DNA of 58,955 bases. Source: a virus. Lineage: Duplodnaviria > Heunggongvirae > Uroviricota > Caudoviricetes. Shown one piece after another: positions 19,108 through 28,844 of this stretch. Position 1 is the first letter of the stretch, and each line of letters starts with the position of its first letter. The notes under the pieces are model-generated. The model was not told where the DNA came from and did no database searches. It saw only the letters and a list, made by a program, of their open reading frames with translations. The translations under genes were made by a program, and so were the position numbers. The stretch lies in IMG/VR virus record IMGVR_UViG_3300036944_001243; one strand, written 5' to 3'.

Positions 19108-19772
19108 AAAAAATTATATCATTTTCTTTGTGGGGTGATGATCCTAAGTATTGCATTGGAGCTATTAAAAATGCAGAGTTGAGATATGTTTATTACAAGG
19201 ACTGGATTTGTAGATTTTATATACACAAAGATGTTCCATCTTTTTATATTGATGAACTGAATAAGATAAAAAATACTGAAATTAAAATTTCTCAAAATGA
19301 AGCTGATTGGACATTTACTACAGAAAGATTTTGCGCTATAGATGATAATGATATATCTTATGTAATATTTAGAGACACAGATTCTAGATTAAATGAAAGA
19401 GAAGCTAATGCTGTTGATGAATGGATAAAAGAAGATACGTGCATTCATATAATGAAAGATCATCCATATCATGGATCTTTTCCTATTTTAGCTGGAATGT
19501 GGGGATTGAATAAAAATAAGTTTTTATTTAATATGCGATTAACTTTAGAAAGTTATAAAAATCAAAAATATGAATCACAATACCATTATGATCAAATATT
19601 TTTAAATAATTATATTTGGCCTAATTTTCATAAAGACGCAACTATACATGATGAATTTTTCATTAAAAATAAATTTCCAACAGAAAGAATTAAAAACAGA
19701 TTTGTTGGCCAATCATTTGATGAAAATGATAATACTTCAGAAAAACACATTAATTCTTTATATGGTTTATGA
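19104..19772 (+). CDS. Putative GT-A fold glycosyltransferase
   Basis: KIISFSLWG...Y..GAIKNAE, IFRDTDSR (DxD), ILAGMWG, YDQIFL; sits within the GT cluster. Confidence 0.55.
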   Translation: MKKIISFSLWGDDPKYCIGAIKNAELRYVYYKDWICRFYIHKDVPSFYIDELNKIKNTEIKISQNEADWTFTTERFCAIDDNDISYVIFRDTDSRLNEREANAVDEWIKEDTCIHIMKDHPYHGSFPILAGMWGLNKNKFLFNMRLTLESYKNQKYESQYHYDQIFLNNYIWPNFHKDATIHDEFFIKNKFPTERIKNRFVGQSFDENDNTSEKHINSLYGL

Positions 19773-20722
19773 AATTTTTCAATTTAGATTGTCACGTATC
19801 AGTTATCGCTGATATAAAAAATATATTTGAAGATCTAGGTCATTCAGTTGATCAATGGTCTTTGTCTGGGCATAGATGGCTTTTTAATCTTCCTGAATGT
19901 AAATCACCAGTCATTAATGAATATAATTGGAAAAACATTGACGAACAAATGGTTGATGAATTTTATTTTACTCATAAAGATGAATTAGATAAATATGATG
20001 CATTTATATGCGCTTATCCTCCATGCTTTTTAAAATTATTTGAAAAATTTAATAAGCCAATTATTGTAATTGCAGCAACTAGATACGATTATCCTTTTAT
20101 TGATGATAAGAAAAGACTTGACTGGCTGGAATATTCACTAAATAATAATAAAAATTTAATTTTAATAGCTAATAATCAATTCGACCAAAAATATTGCGAG
20201 CATTTTCTTGCAAAAAAATGGCATTGGATTCCGAGTTTATGCGCCTATACAAATAAGAAATATAATCCCATAAAAGATCAGTCCGTTGTATTTAGCAAGT
20301 TTATTATTGAATCCAATGAAAGCATATTGCATCAAAGCCAGTTGGGTTCTTACTCATGGGGCGATTTATATTCTTATAAAGAAATAATACATTTTCCATA
20401 TAATGCATCAACAATGTCAATATTTGAGCAATACGAAGCTGGAATTCCTCTGAGATTTCCTTCTTTAAATTTCGCCATAGAATTGATCAATAAAGGTTTG
20501 CCGATTTTTTCTGAAATTGTTTTTCCTAATAATAATCCAGATAGACAGCCTTATTTATTTTTAAACGAAGATTGGCTCAGATATTCTGATTTTTACAACG
20601 GAACAATAAAGGCCAATCTTTTTGATTCTTTAGAATTTGAAAATTTTAATATAAATATTGATTTTCCTTCAAATAAGATTATGATTTACGAATCTTGGAA
20701 AAATATATTGAATAATTTATGA
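19769..20722 (+). CDS. Putative GT-B-like glycan biosynthesis protein
   Basis: FFNLDCHVSVIAD; IIHFPYNASTMSIFEQYEAGIPL resembles a GT-B C-terminal motif; cluster context. Confidence 0.45.
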   Translation: MKFFNLDCHVSVIADIKNIFEDLGHSVDQWSLSGHRWLFNLPECKSPVINEYNWKNIDEQMVDEFYFTHKDELDKYDAFICAYPPCFLKLFEKFNKPIIVIAATRYDYPFIDDKKRLDWLEYSLNNNKNLILIANNQFDQKYCEHFLAKKWHWIPSLCAYTNKKYNPIKDQSVVFSKFIIESNESILHQSQLGSYSWGDLYSYKEIIHFPYNASTMSIFEQYEAGIPLRFPSLNFAIELINKGLPIFSEIVFPNNNPDRQPYLFLNEDWLRYSDFYNGTIKANLFDSLEFENFNINIDFPSNKIMIYESWKNILNNL

Positions 20723-21315
20723 TAGGCCAAATAAATTTAAATGACGAAGCTGGATTGCATATCAAAAAAATATGCGAAAGAAATGATGTTAATACTATAG
20801 TTGAAATTGGAACTTGGAATGGTAGAGGCTCTACATTGTGCATTTACGAAGCAATTAAAAATACAAAAAAGACATTAATTTCTTTGGAAACGTGGAAAGA
20901 AATGTATGAAACCGCTTTTGATTTCTACAAAGATAAAAAAGAAGTATCTATTATTAATGGATATGTTAGTGATAAACTATTAGATTTTAATTCTTTAGAC
21001 GATTCTTTCTTTACTGATTACGATAAAAACACAAAATTCTCATGGTATCAACAAGATTTAAACAATATCAATAAATGCGAAAATGCATTGGATCGTATTC
21101 CAGATCAAATAGATTTTTTGATTTTAGACGGAGGAGAATTTTCTAGCTGGGAAGAGTATTTAATACTAAAAGATAGATCTAAAATAATTTTCTTAGATGA
21201 TACGCGACCACCAATAATTAAGAATTTTATGGCTCGTCAAGATTTAATCAAAACTAGAAAAATGATTATTGATGATTTAAATAATAGAAACGGATATTGT
21301 ATTTTTGAAAAATGA
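20719..21315 (+). CDS. Class I SAM-dependent methyltransferase (Methyltransf_24-like)
   Basis: IVEIGTWNGRGST (motif I), IDFLILDGGE, IIFLDDT. Confidence 0.7.
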   Translation: MIGQINLNDEAGLHIKKICERNDVNTIVEIGTWNGRGSTLCIYEAIKNTKKTLISLETWKEMYETAFDFYKDKKEVSIINGYVSDKLLDFNSLDDSFFTDYDKNTKFSWYQQDLNNINKCENALDRIPDQIDFLILDGGEFSSWEEYLILKDRSKIIFLDDTRPPIIKNFMARQDLIKTRKMIIDDLNNRNGYCIFEK

Positions 21316-22133
21316 AAATTGCGATTCAAACTATAATTTTTAATGGAGAAAAACATTTGCCAGATAAAATGTTGCTGGCTTGGCTTGAACAGGCGAATCA
21401 AATAGCTGATTATGTTTTTATTACAGAAGGAGCTACAAAAGCTATTGACCATTACTGGGATGGTGATACATCAGAATTCACATCAGACGGCAAATCTACA
21501 GATAATACCTGTTCAATAATCAAAGATTATATAAAAGACAAGTCTAAATTTTTCTTTAAAGAAGCGGATCGATTTTGGGATGGAAAAACAAGTATGTTGA
21601 ATTATTGGTTCGACAACTCAAAAGAAATTTATGATGTAGATTATGTGTGGCAAATTGATGCCGATGAATTTTATACAAATGAAAGCGTAGAAAAAATCAT
21701 AAATCTTTTGAATACAGAAGAGCCATCAAGGATTGACTTTTTCGCCAATCATTTTTGGGGTGATTTCAACCATTGCATCGATGAAAGATCCGATGGTATT
21801 TGGGCAAACCAAATTCCTTGGATGCGGATTTTTAAAATCAATAAAGATAGCAGGTGGATTTCACATGAGCCACCGAATATGTATTTCAATGAATATGAAA
21901 AAATCATTTCAAAATATGAAACGTTAAAATTGAAAATAAAACTTGACCATTATAGCTATGTAACATATGATCAAGTATTATTTAAAAGCAAATTTTATAA
22001 TTCACCAAATAAATTAAAATTATTTAATGAATGGCAGTCTAATAAAAAGACAAAAATATTCGGGTGTGATGTTTTTCCATTTGAAGGCGATCATTCAAAA
22101 ATAATAAATAAATATTACAAAAAAAACAAATGA
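21312..22133 (+). CDS. GT2-like glycosyltransferase
   Basis: ADYVFITEGA...SDGKSTD, YVWQIDADEFY (DxD), LDHYSYV. Confidence 0.7.
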   Translation: MKIAIQTIIFNGEKHLPDKMLLAWLEQANQIADYVFITEGATKAIDHYWDGDTSEFTSDGKSTDNTCSIIKDYIKDKSKFFFKEADRFWDGKTSMLNYWFDNSKEIYDVDYVWQIDADEFYTNESVEKIINLLNTEEPSRIDFFANHFWGDFNHCIDERSDGIWANQIPWMRIFKINKDSRWISHEPPNMYFNEYEKIISKYETLKLKIKLDHYSYVTYDQVLFKSKFYNSPNKLKLFNEWQSNKKTKIFGCDVFPFEGDHSKIINKYYKKNK

Positions 22134-23344
22134 ATAATCTTAACGAAAAATATACAGGTAAAAAAATAGACCACATGAATATCCTAAACATTGAAGACGC
22201 CGCCAAATTAGCCTCAAATAAAAAGTGCATCATTGTCACTGGAGTTACAGGACAAGATGGCAGTCACATGGTTGATTATCTTTTGAAAAACACAGATTAC
22301 GAAATTTTTGGATGCGTGCGCAGACTCAGCGTTTATAATCACAAAAATATTTCTCATGTGAATAGTGAAAGATTTCATTTGATCAATTTTGACTTGATCG
22401 ATAGCCATTCAATTGCTCGCGTCGTTGAAAAAATCAAACCGTATTATTTTATTAACTTGGCTGCGCAAAGCTTCGTTGGAAGCAGTTGGGATTTCGCTTC
22501 ACAAACATGGGAAACGAATTCAACATCAACACTTCATATTCTTGAGGCTATTCGTTTGTATCACCCAACTTGCAGATTCTATCAAGCTGGCTCTTCAGAG
22601 GAGTTTGGCGATGTCGCTTACATCCCACAGGATGAGAAGCATCCACTTCGCCCAAGAAGTCCATATGGAGCCTCTAAAACAGCTTCTAGGCAGCTTGTGA
22701 AGGTATGGAGAGAGTCATATGGTTTGTATGCTGTTCAAGGATGGCTATTTAATCATGAAGGCACTCGTCGCGGCGAAGAATTTGTGACCAGAAAAATTAC
22801 TAAAAATGTAGCACGAATCAAACATTGCTTAGATAACCAAATTAAATTTCAACCACTTGAACTAGGTAATCTTGATTCAACCCGAGATTGGAGCGATGCT
22901 GAAGATTTCGTGGATGGTATCTGGAGAATGCTGAATCAAGAAAAATTCTGGCAAGTGCCAACCGAAGTAGCAGAAGATAAACTGCATCTCTTTGTTAAAG
23001 AGTATGTTCTCTCCTCCAATGAAACGCATTCAATCAGAGAATTCGTTGAACTGGCATTTTCTGCGGCGGGCATACATGGGGTATGGTTCAATCTAAGTGG
23101 ACGACCAGAAGACGAAGAATACATCCTTTCGAACAAAAATGGCCTAGCCACAAAAGCAAAAGTTGTTTTAATGAAAATTAATCCACAATTCTATCGCCCA
23201 GCCGAAGTTGACGTTCTGTATGGAGATTCAACAAAAGCCAGAGAAGAATTGGGCTGGAGTCCCAAAACTTCCTTCAAAGAATTGGTTCAAAAAATGCTTG
23301 CAAATGATTTGAATGAGTATAGACTTGAGCATGGCCAAGTCTAA
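22130..23344 (+). CDS. gmd: GDP-mannose 4,6-dehydratase
   Basis: IVTGVTGQDGS, NLAAQSFVGSSW, FYQAGSSEEFG, PRSPYGASK, LFNHEGTRRGEEFVTRKI, RPAEVDVLYGD. Confidence 0.96.
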   Translation: MNNLNEKYTGKKIDHMNILNIEDAAKLASNKKCIIVTGVTGQDGSHMVDYLLKNTDYEIFGCVRRLSVYNHKNISHVNSERFHLINFDLIDSHSIARVVEKIKPYYFINLAAQSFVGSSWDFASQTWETNSTSTLHILEAIRLYHPTCRFYQAGSSEEFGDVAYIPQDEKHPLRPRSPYGASKTASRQLVKVWRESYGLYAVQGWLFNHEGTRRGEEFVTRKITKNVARIKHCLDNQIKFQPLELGNLDSTRDWSDAEDFVDGIWRMLNQEKFWQVPTEVAEDKLHLFVKEYVLSSNETHSIREFVELAFSAAGIHGVWFNLSGRPEDEEYILSNKNGLATKAKVVLMKINPQFYRPAEVDVLYGDSTKAREELGWSPKTSFKELVQKMLANDLNEYRLEHGQV

Positions 23345-23681
23345 AATCAACAAAAAACACATTCTGGCTAGACTAACGCTTGTTCCTTTGAGGGACAAGC
23401 GTATGTTTTATATGCGAGAGATGAAATTTTTAAACGATTTATGCGAAAGATACTCGCTAGAATTCATGAACATCGTGTCTTTTGACAAAAAGTTTGATTC
23501 GCTTGCATACATTGTCTGCGACAAGCTCAAAGAAACACTAGATCAAAAGTTCCGAGCATTCAATTATTCTATTGATCTTTCTCGTTATGAAAGTTATAAT
23601 CTGGGAGACAAGACTGGTGAAGACGTTCAAGTTTCACGCCAACCAAAAACAATCAAACAATTTTTAAATGAGCAAGACTAA
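23331..23681 (+). CDS. Hypothetical protein
   Basis: ORF from ATG 23331, coupled between gmd and recA. Confidence 0.7.
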   Translation: MAKSKINKKHILARLTLVPLRDKRMFYMREMKFLNDLCERYSLEFMNIVSFDKKFDSLAYIVCDKLKETLDQKFRAFNYSIDLSRYESYNLGDKTGEDVQVSRQPKTIKQFLNEQD

Positions 23682-24801
23682 AGAAAAAGAAATTCAAAAA
23701 TCAAGCGATATTCTCAGTTCGTTCTTGAAGCAAAACGCCCAAGATCATTACAACTTCGAACAAGAAATCGATTATAAGGTATCCAGCAGTTCGCTGCAAT
23801 TGGATCTTCATTTAGGTGGCGGTTTAGGGCCAGGTCTTCACCGATTTTGCGGCATGAACGAAGGTGGAAAGACAAGTTCTGCGCTTTCTTTCATGAAGAA
23901 CTTCTTGGAAAATACCCCTAAATCAAAAGGTTTTTATATCAAAGCCGAAGGTCGTCTTTCTAAAGAAATGAGAGAAAGGTCTGGTGTTAATTTTGTATTC
24001 AGCGCAGAGGAATGGGTCGAAGGAACATGCTTTGTATTTGAAAGCAATATTTACGAAACTGTTGTTGATGCTATGCGTCAACTCGTAGCTAAGAATGACG
24101 AGGGTAATGTTTACTTCTTCTTGCTCGATTCTGTAGACGGTTTGATTTCCAAGGGAGATCTTGATAAAGGGTTTGAAGATTCAAACAAGGTTGCTGGTGG
24201 CGCAGTTATTGCCGCGAATTTCATGAAGAGATTGTCTATTGCTTTAGCAAAGCGAGGACACTTGGCAATTTTCATTAGTCAGGTTCGTGCCGACATTAAA
24301 TTAGATCCATACTCCAAAGCCCCTGTTCGCCAAACTTCCGCAACTGGAGGCAACGCTCTGCTACACTTTGCAAACTTCATCTTAGAATTTGAACCGAGAT
24401 ACAAGGGAGATCTGATCCTCAAAAATCCATCAGATAAAGTAATCGACGCAACAAACAATCCTGTAATTGGACATTATGCGAAAGTCACAGTCAAGAAATC
24501 TCCGAACGAGAAAACTAACTTGACCATTCCTTATCCAATTAAATACGGACGCACAAATGGCAACTCTGTTTGGATCGAAAAAGAAGTTGTGGACTTATTG
24601 TTCCTGTGGGAATTCTTGGTTAGAAAAGCTTCTTGGATTTCGGCTACTGAAGAATTTGATGAATTGCTTCAAGAAAACAATTTCGAAAAATTTGAAAAAG
24701 TGCAAGGACAAGATGCGCTATTCTCCTATATCGAAAGCAATAAGCCGTTGTGCGATTTCTTAGTTGCGTATTTCAAGAAAGCTATCTCCAATGAAGTTTA
24801 A
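23668..24801 (+). CDS. recA: RecA/UvsX-like recombinase
   Basis: LDLHLGGG, GMNEGGKTS (Walker A), LLDSV (Walker B), FISQVR, TGGNALLHF. Confidence 0.88.
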   Translation: MSKTKEKEIQKSSDILSSFLKQNAQDHYNFEQEIDYKVSSSSLQLDLHLGGGLGPGLHRFCGMNEGGKTSSALSFMKNFLENTPKSKGFYIKAEGRLSKEMRERSGVNFVFSAEEWVEGTCFVFESNIYETVVDAMRQLVAKNDEGNVYFFLLDSVDGLISKGDLDKGFEDSNKVAGGAVIAANFMKRLSIALAKRGHLAIFISQVRADIKLDPYSKAPVRQTSATGGNALLHFANFILEFEPRYKGDLILKNPSDKVIDATNNPVIGHYAKVTVKKSPNEKTNLTIPYPIKYGRTNGNSVWIEKEVVDLLFLWEFLVRKASWISATEEFDELLQENNFEKFEKVQGQDALFSYIESNKPLCDFLVAYFKKAISNEV

Positions 24802-25198
24802 AACATTGACTGGTTCTAGTGCCGAACTAAAGAATCCTAAAAAATATTTGATCAATTGGACTGGCAAAAGCAGAAGTAAATTCCAGTATTCTGTGAAGGA
24901 GTTTTTGCAGCCGTATTGGAGAACTGATATTGTTTTTGAAGAATTAAAATTAGTCGGCACTAGAATGTCATTTGATTTCTACAATGCGAATAAAAAAATC
25001 GCGGTAGAGGTCCAAGGTCAGCAGCATACTAAATATATAAAATTCTTTCACGGCAATCGCGCTAAATATTTAGAGCAGCTAAAGCGAGACGATAAAAAAA
25101 TGCGTTTTTGCGAAATGAACGAAATTTGCTTGGTAGAAATTTACCCAAACGATTTGGTTTCTACCGAGCTTTTTGAGAGTTTTGGGGTGATTTTGTAA
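24791..25198 (+). CDS. PD-(D/E)xK restriction-endonuclease-like protein (DUF559/Vsr-like)
   Basis: SFDFYNANKKIAVEVQGQQH...RDDKK. Confidence 0.65.
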   Translation: MKFKTLTGSSAELKNPKKYLINWTGKSRSKFQYSVKEFLQPYWRTDIVFEELKLVGTRMSFDFYNANKKIAVEVQGQQHTKYIKFFHGNRAKYLEQLKRDDKKMRFCEMNEICLVEIYPNDLVSTELFESFGVIL

Positions 25199-25226
25199 TT
25201 GACAATCTCGCACATCTTGATATGAT
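25199..25226 (+). promoter_or_regulatory. sigma70 promoter for the helicase operon (probably leaderless)
   Basis: TTGACA-16-TATGAT with an extended TG; 5 nt to the ATG at 25232. Confidence 0.7.
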
Positions 25227-25231
25227 TTGGC

Positions 25232-26740
25232 ATGATCTATAACCTTGAGCTAGAAAAACAACTTCTCGCTGCGCTAATCAAAGAACCAGAAAGCTATTCT
25301 GAGATTTCTAACTTCATTGATTCTAAGGATTTTTATTCCGAAGATTCGAATCTGCACAGCACAATTTTTACAATTATTAAGCAGGCAATTGATGCTGGCG
25401 AGCAAGTTGACGAGGTTATCATCGCCCAGCGTGTCGGCTCATTGGGACTCTCATTTGAGGACCGTGTGAATCCATCTGATTATATCCGTTCTCTTGCTTT
25501 GAGAAAGGTTCCAAAGGGCAATCTTCTCAAGACCGCAAGGGAGCTTAAAAAATTCACAATTCGTAGAGAAATCTTTGAGTCTGCGCAAGAGGTAGCCAAA
25601 AAGATGAAGGCTATCAGCCCAGAAACAAATTACTCTCAAATCATCGAAACCGCCGATAATATTTACAACTCACGCATTAATTTGTATGAGATCGGCAACG
25701 ATGTTCCAGAAAACATCTATGATGAAATGGAAGCTTTGATTGAAGAAAGAGGAAACAATCCAATCAAAGAATTCGGCATGATGGGGCCGCATAAAAAAAT
25801 CAATGAAATCTATGGTTCTCTACTACGACCTGGAAATATTACTGTTGTTGTAGCTCGTTCTGGTGTCGGTAAGACCCAGTGGTGTATGGATTTCAGCACC
25901 AAGGTCGCTATTGATTATGATATTCCAGTTTTGCATTTCGATAACGGAGAAATGAGCAAAGAGGAATTGATCATGCGTCAATGTGCAGCGATCACAGGAG
26001 TTCCAATGCATCTTTTAGAAACTGGCGATTGGCGCAGGGCTGGACAAGACGTTGTTAATAAGGTCCGCGATGCTTGGCCAAAAATTAAGAAGATGAAATT
26101 CTTCTATTACAATGTCGGCGGCATGGACGTTGATTCGATGCTCAAGGTATTGAGAAGATTCTACTACGGCAAAGTTGGTCGAGGAAACAAAATGATTTTC
26201 TCATTCGACTATATCAAAACAACCTCAGAAGCCGCTGGCGGCAAGAATGAATGGCAGGTTGTTGGCGAGATGGTTGATAAATTCAAAAAGTGCATTCAAA
26301 AAGAAATCCTGCACGAAGGAAATCCAATCATTGCAATGATCACTTCTGTTCAATCAAATAGAAGCGGTATCACAAACAACCGTCAGTCTCAAAATATTGT
26401 TGATGACGAAAGTATTGTTTCTCTTTCTGACCGAATCACTCAGTTCTGTTCCCACATGTTTATTTTGAGAAATAAAACCGCTGACGAAATTGAAACTGAA
26501 GGTCGTTCATTTGGAACTCACAAATTCATCAATGTTAAAGCTCGACACTTGGGCAAAGATATTGCTGGAGCAGTTGAACCTGTTAGAATTGGAGATACGC
26601 TTAGAAAGAATTTTATCAATTTGGAATTCAAAAACTTCTGCATCTCAGAAAGAGGAGACTTGCGCGACATTGCAAGAGCAGCAGAAGGAAACCTAGACCT
26701 AGAAGAAAATGACGGAGACGAAATCCCAGACTTCGATTGA
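25232..26740 (+). CDS. dnaB: DnaB-like replicative helicase
   Basis: N-terminal LEKQLLAALI, Walker A ARSGVGKT, NGEMSKEEL, FDYI, and SDRITQFCS. Confidence 0.92.
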   Translation: MIYNLELEKQLLAALIKEPESYSEISNFIDSKDFYSEDSNLHSTIFTIIKQAIDAGEQVDEVIIAQRVGSLGLSFEDRVNPSDYIRSLALRKVPKGNLLKTARELKKFTIRREIFESAQEVAKKMKAISPETNYSQIIETADNIYNSRINLYEIGNDVPENIYDEMEALIEERGNNPIKEFGMMGPHKKINEIYGSLLRPGNITVVVARSGVGKTQWCMDFSTKVAIDYDIPVLHFDNGEMSKEELIMRQCAAITGVPMHLLETGDWRRAGQDVVNKVRDAWPKIKKMKFFYYNVGGMDVDSMLKVLRRFYYGKVGRGNKMIFSFDYIKTTSEAAGGKNEWQVVGEMVDKFKKCIQKEILHEGNPIIAMITSVQSNRSGITNNRQSQNIVDDESIVSLSDRITQFCSHMFILRNKTADEIETEGRSFGTHKFINVKARHLGKDIAGAVEPVRIGDTLRKNFINLEFKNFCISERGDLRDIARAAEGNLDLEENDGDEIPDFD

Positions 26741-27785
26741 TCCATCTCAAATCCAATCTGTTTTAGAAACACTTGGATACAAGCTATTGGATTTTGGCAA
26801 TCATTGGAGAACGCGAGCTATTTTCCGAGGAGGAGTTAATAATACATCCGTTCAGATTTATAAAAACTCTGGCGTATGGACAGATTTCTCGTCTGGAAAT
26901 AAAGCCTTGCCTTTTGAAAAATTGCTTCAGTTGACTTTGGCCACTGATCAGAAAAGACTCAAAGAAATTCTATCCTCTTTAAAAAAGTCGGACGAATTTG
27001 TATATACAAAAAAAGAAACTATCGAAATGGAAGAAATTTATCCAGAATCAATCCTTGAGAAGCTTTTCCCAAATTATAACTTTTATATCAAAAGAAATAT
27101 TTCAGAAAAGACTTTGAAATTTTACAAAACAGGTCTTGCTGGTGCTGGCAAGATGTATCGACGCATGGTGTTTCCAATTTATAACGAACACAAACAAATC
27201 GTCGGATTCAGCGGTCGTAAAATTGACGAAGGCAATGATCAGGTTCCAAAGTGGAAGCATTTGGGCAAGCGCAGGAATTGGGTTTATCCAGCTATGATTC
27301 CTAACGAAGAATCCGTGGATGCAATAATCAAACAAAAGCAAGAGGTTATTCTTGTCGAAAGTATTGGAGATAGTATGGCTCTTTACGAACAAGGCATCAA
27401 GAATACTCTGGTCACTTTCGGCATTGGATGTAGCCCTGCTGTAATTGCTTACTTGAATTCTTTTCCAATCAAGAAAATCACTATTGCTGGTAACAACGAT
27501 TTTCGTTCGGCGGCAAATCATGGATACAATGGCACTATTAAAATTCTAATGTCTCTTAGGACTTATTTTGATTTTGATTCCTTGGAGATTAAGCTTCCGC
27601 CTTATCCACACAATGACTTTTTCGAAGCTCATCAGGCTGGCGTCGATTTGAAGGATTGGCATGATTCTAGTTTAGATCGAAAACAATATATGGAAGATCT
27701 CAAAGAATACGTTACTAAATACATGACGTTCTTCAAACAAAAGGATGTTGAATCATTACTAAAAACAATTTCAAATCATGAGTGA
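26709..27785 (+). CDS. dnaG: DnaG-like DNA primase (Toprim)
   Basis: RRMVFPIYNEHKQIVGFSGR, VILVESIGDSMAL, IAGNND; adjacent to the helicase. Confidence 0.88.
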   Translation: MTETKSQTSIDPSQIQSVLETLGYKLLDFGNHWRTRAIFRGGVNNTSVQIYKNSGVWTDFSSGNKALPFEKLLQLTLATDQKRLKEILSSLKKSDEFVYTKKETIEMEEIYPESILEKLFPNYNFYIKRNISEKTLKFYKTGLAGAGKMYRRMVFPIYNEHKQIVGFSGRKIDEGNDQVPKWKHLGKRRNWVYPAMIPNEESVDAIIKQKQEVILVESIGDSMALYEQGIKNTLVTFGIGCSPAVIAYLNSFPIKKITIAGNNDFRSAANHGYNGTIKILMSLRTYFDFDSLEIKLPPYPHNDFFEAHQAGVDLKDWHDSSLDRKQYMEDLKEYVTKYMTFFKQKDVESLLKTISNHE

Positions 27786-28812
27786 ACCAATTACCCCTTT
27801 ATCTGCAAGCAGAATCAAAACAGCGCAATCTTGCAGTTGGCTGTATTGGTCTAAATACAAACTCAATTTGCCAGATGCATCTAACGATGGCGCAAAAAGA
27901 GGTTCGATTTGCCACTTGATTTTTGAATTGCTTGGAGAACCGAAAAGGAAAAAGATATACGATAAAATCGTCAAATCAAAGGACGTTTTTGCGGTTGCAT
28001 CTATCGAGCGTCTTATTCGTAAGCATGCTAAAAAATCAGAGGTGGATGATCAAGAAAACATAGATCTTATCAAGGAGATGACCTTGAATGGATTGATGTA
28101 TGATTTCTACGGAGATAAAAATGGCAAGCCAACACACGCTCTTTCTGAAAAAGATTTTGAAATCGTTATCAATACCGAAGATAAAAAATACAAAATCAAA
28201 GGATTCATTGACAAGCTGTTTCTTTACAAGAAGAAAAAGAGCGCGTTGATCCGCGACTTCAAAAGCAGCAAGCAAAAATTCAAAGGCAAAGAAGTCTCTG
28301 ATAACTTGCAAGATTACATGTATAGTCTTGCAGTTAAGCATTTGTATCCCGAGTATACAAATAGAATCAGCGAGTTCTTGTTCTTGAAGTTTAATTTGGA
28401 TGACAACGATTCTGAATCCGATGGCGCGATTCAAATGAGTGCTATTTCAGAAGATGATCTGGAAGGATTTGAATATCAATTGTCTGGAATTCAAGAGTAT
28501 CTTGATAATTTCTCTGAGCAAGATGCGACTAATAATTTTGCAGCAAGCCAGCCATACCCATCTGACAATTCATTCAGTGGTCCACTGCAATGCGGATTTG
28601 CAAAACAAAAAGGTCAGCTTAAAAAAGACGGCACCCCAATGTGGCACTGCCCAATGAAGTTTGATTTTGATTATTATGCAGTAATAAATGCAGAAGGAAA
28701 ACATGTGAAATCTTATATTGAAAAAGAATTTGACAAGTCGATGGTCCCAGAAAATCACACTTTTGAAAAGCGTTATTATGCTGGTTGCCCGAAGCATCAG
28801 AAAAGGTATTGA
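27778..28812 (+). CDS. Cas4/RecB-like PD-(D/E)xK exonuclease
   Basis: LSASRIKTAQSCSWLYW, KGFIDKL, IRDFKSSK, QDYMY; Cys residues near both termini. Confidence 0.82.
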   Translation: MSEPITPLSASRIKTAQSCSWLYWSKYKLNLPDASNDGAKRGSICHLIFELLGEPKRKKIYDKIVKSKDVFAVASIERLIRKHAKKSEVDDQENIDLIKEMTLNGLMYDFYGDKNGKPTHALSEKDFEIVINTEDKKYKIKGFIDKLFLYKKKKSALIRDFKSSKQKFKGKEVSDNLQDYMYSLAVKHLYPEYTNRISEFLFLKFNLDDNDSESDGAIQMSAISEDDLEGFEYQLSGIQEYLDNFSEQDATNNFAASQPYPSDNSFSGPLQCGFAKQKGQLKKDGTPMWHCPMKFDFDYYAVINAEGKHVKSYIEKEFDKSMVPENHTFEKRYYAGCPKHQKRY

Positions 28813-28836
28813 CAACGCAAATATTTGCGCTAAAAT
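28809..28836 (+). promoter_or_regulatory. sigma70 promoter of the polymerase operon, with a 14-bp palindrome in its spacer
   Basis: TTGACA-16-TAAAAT; CGCAAATATTTGCG at 28816-28829; ATG at 28845. Confidence 0.7.
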
Positions 28837-28844
28837 GGCTTTGC

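Noticed and set aside
17408-23344. Giant-virus (NCLDV) origin suggested by shared DUFs, GTs and gmd
   Set aside because: Lambda-like tail genes, TMP, sigma70 promoters, DnaE/DnaB/DnaG and overlapping operons show this is a bacteriophage.
27778-28812. Cas4-like gene as evidence of a CRISPR-Cas system
   Set aside because: No repeat-spacer array and no cas1/cas2 or effector genes; solo Cas4-like nucleases are common in phage replication modules.
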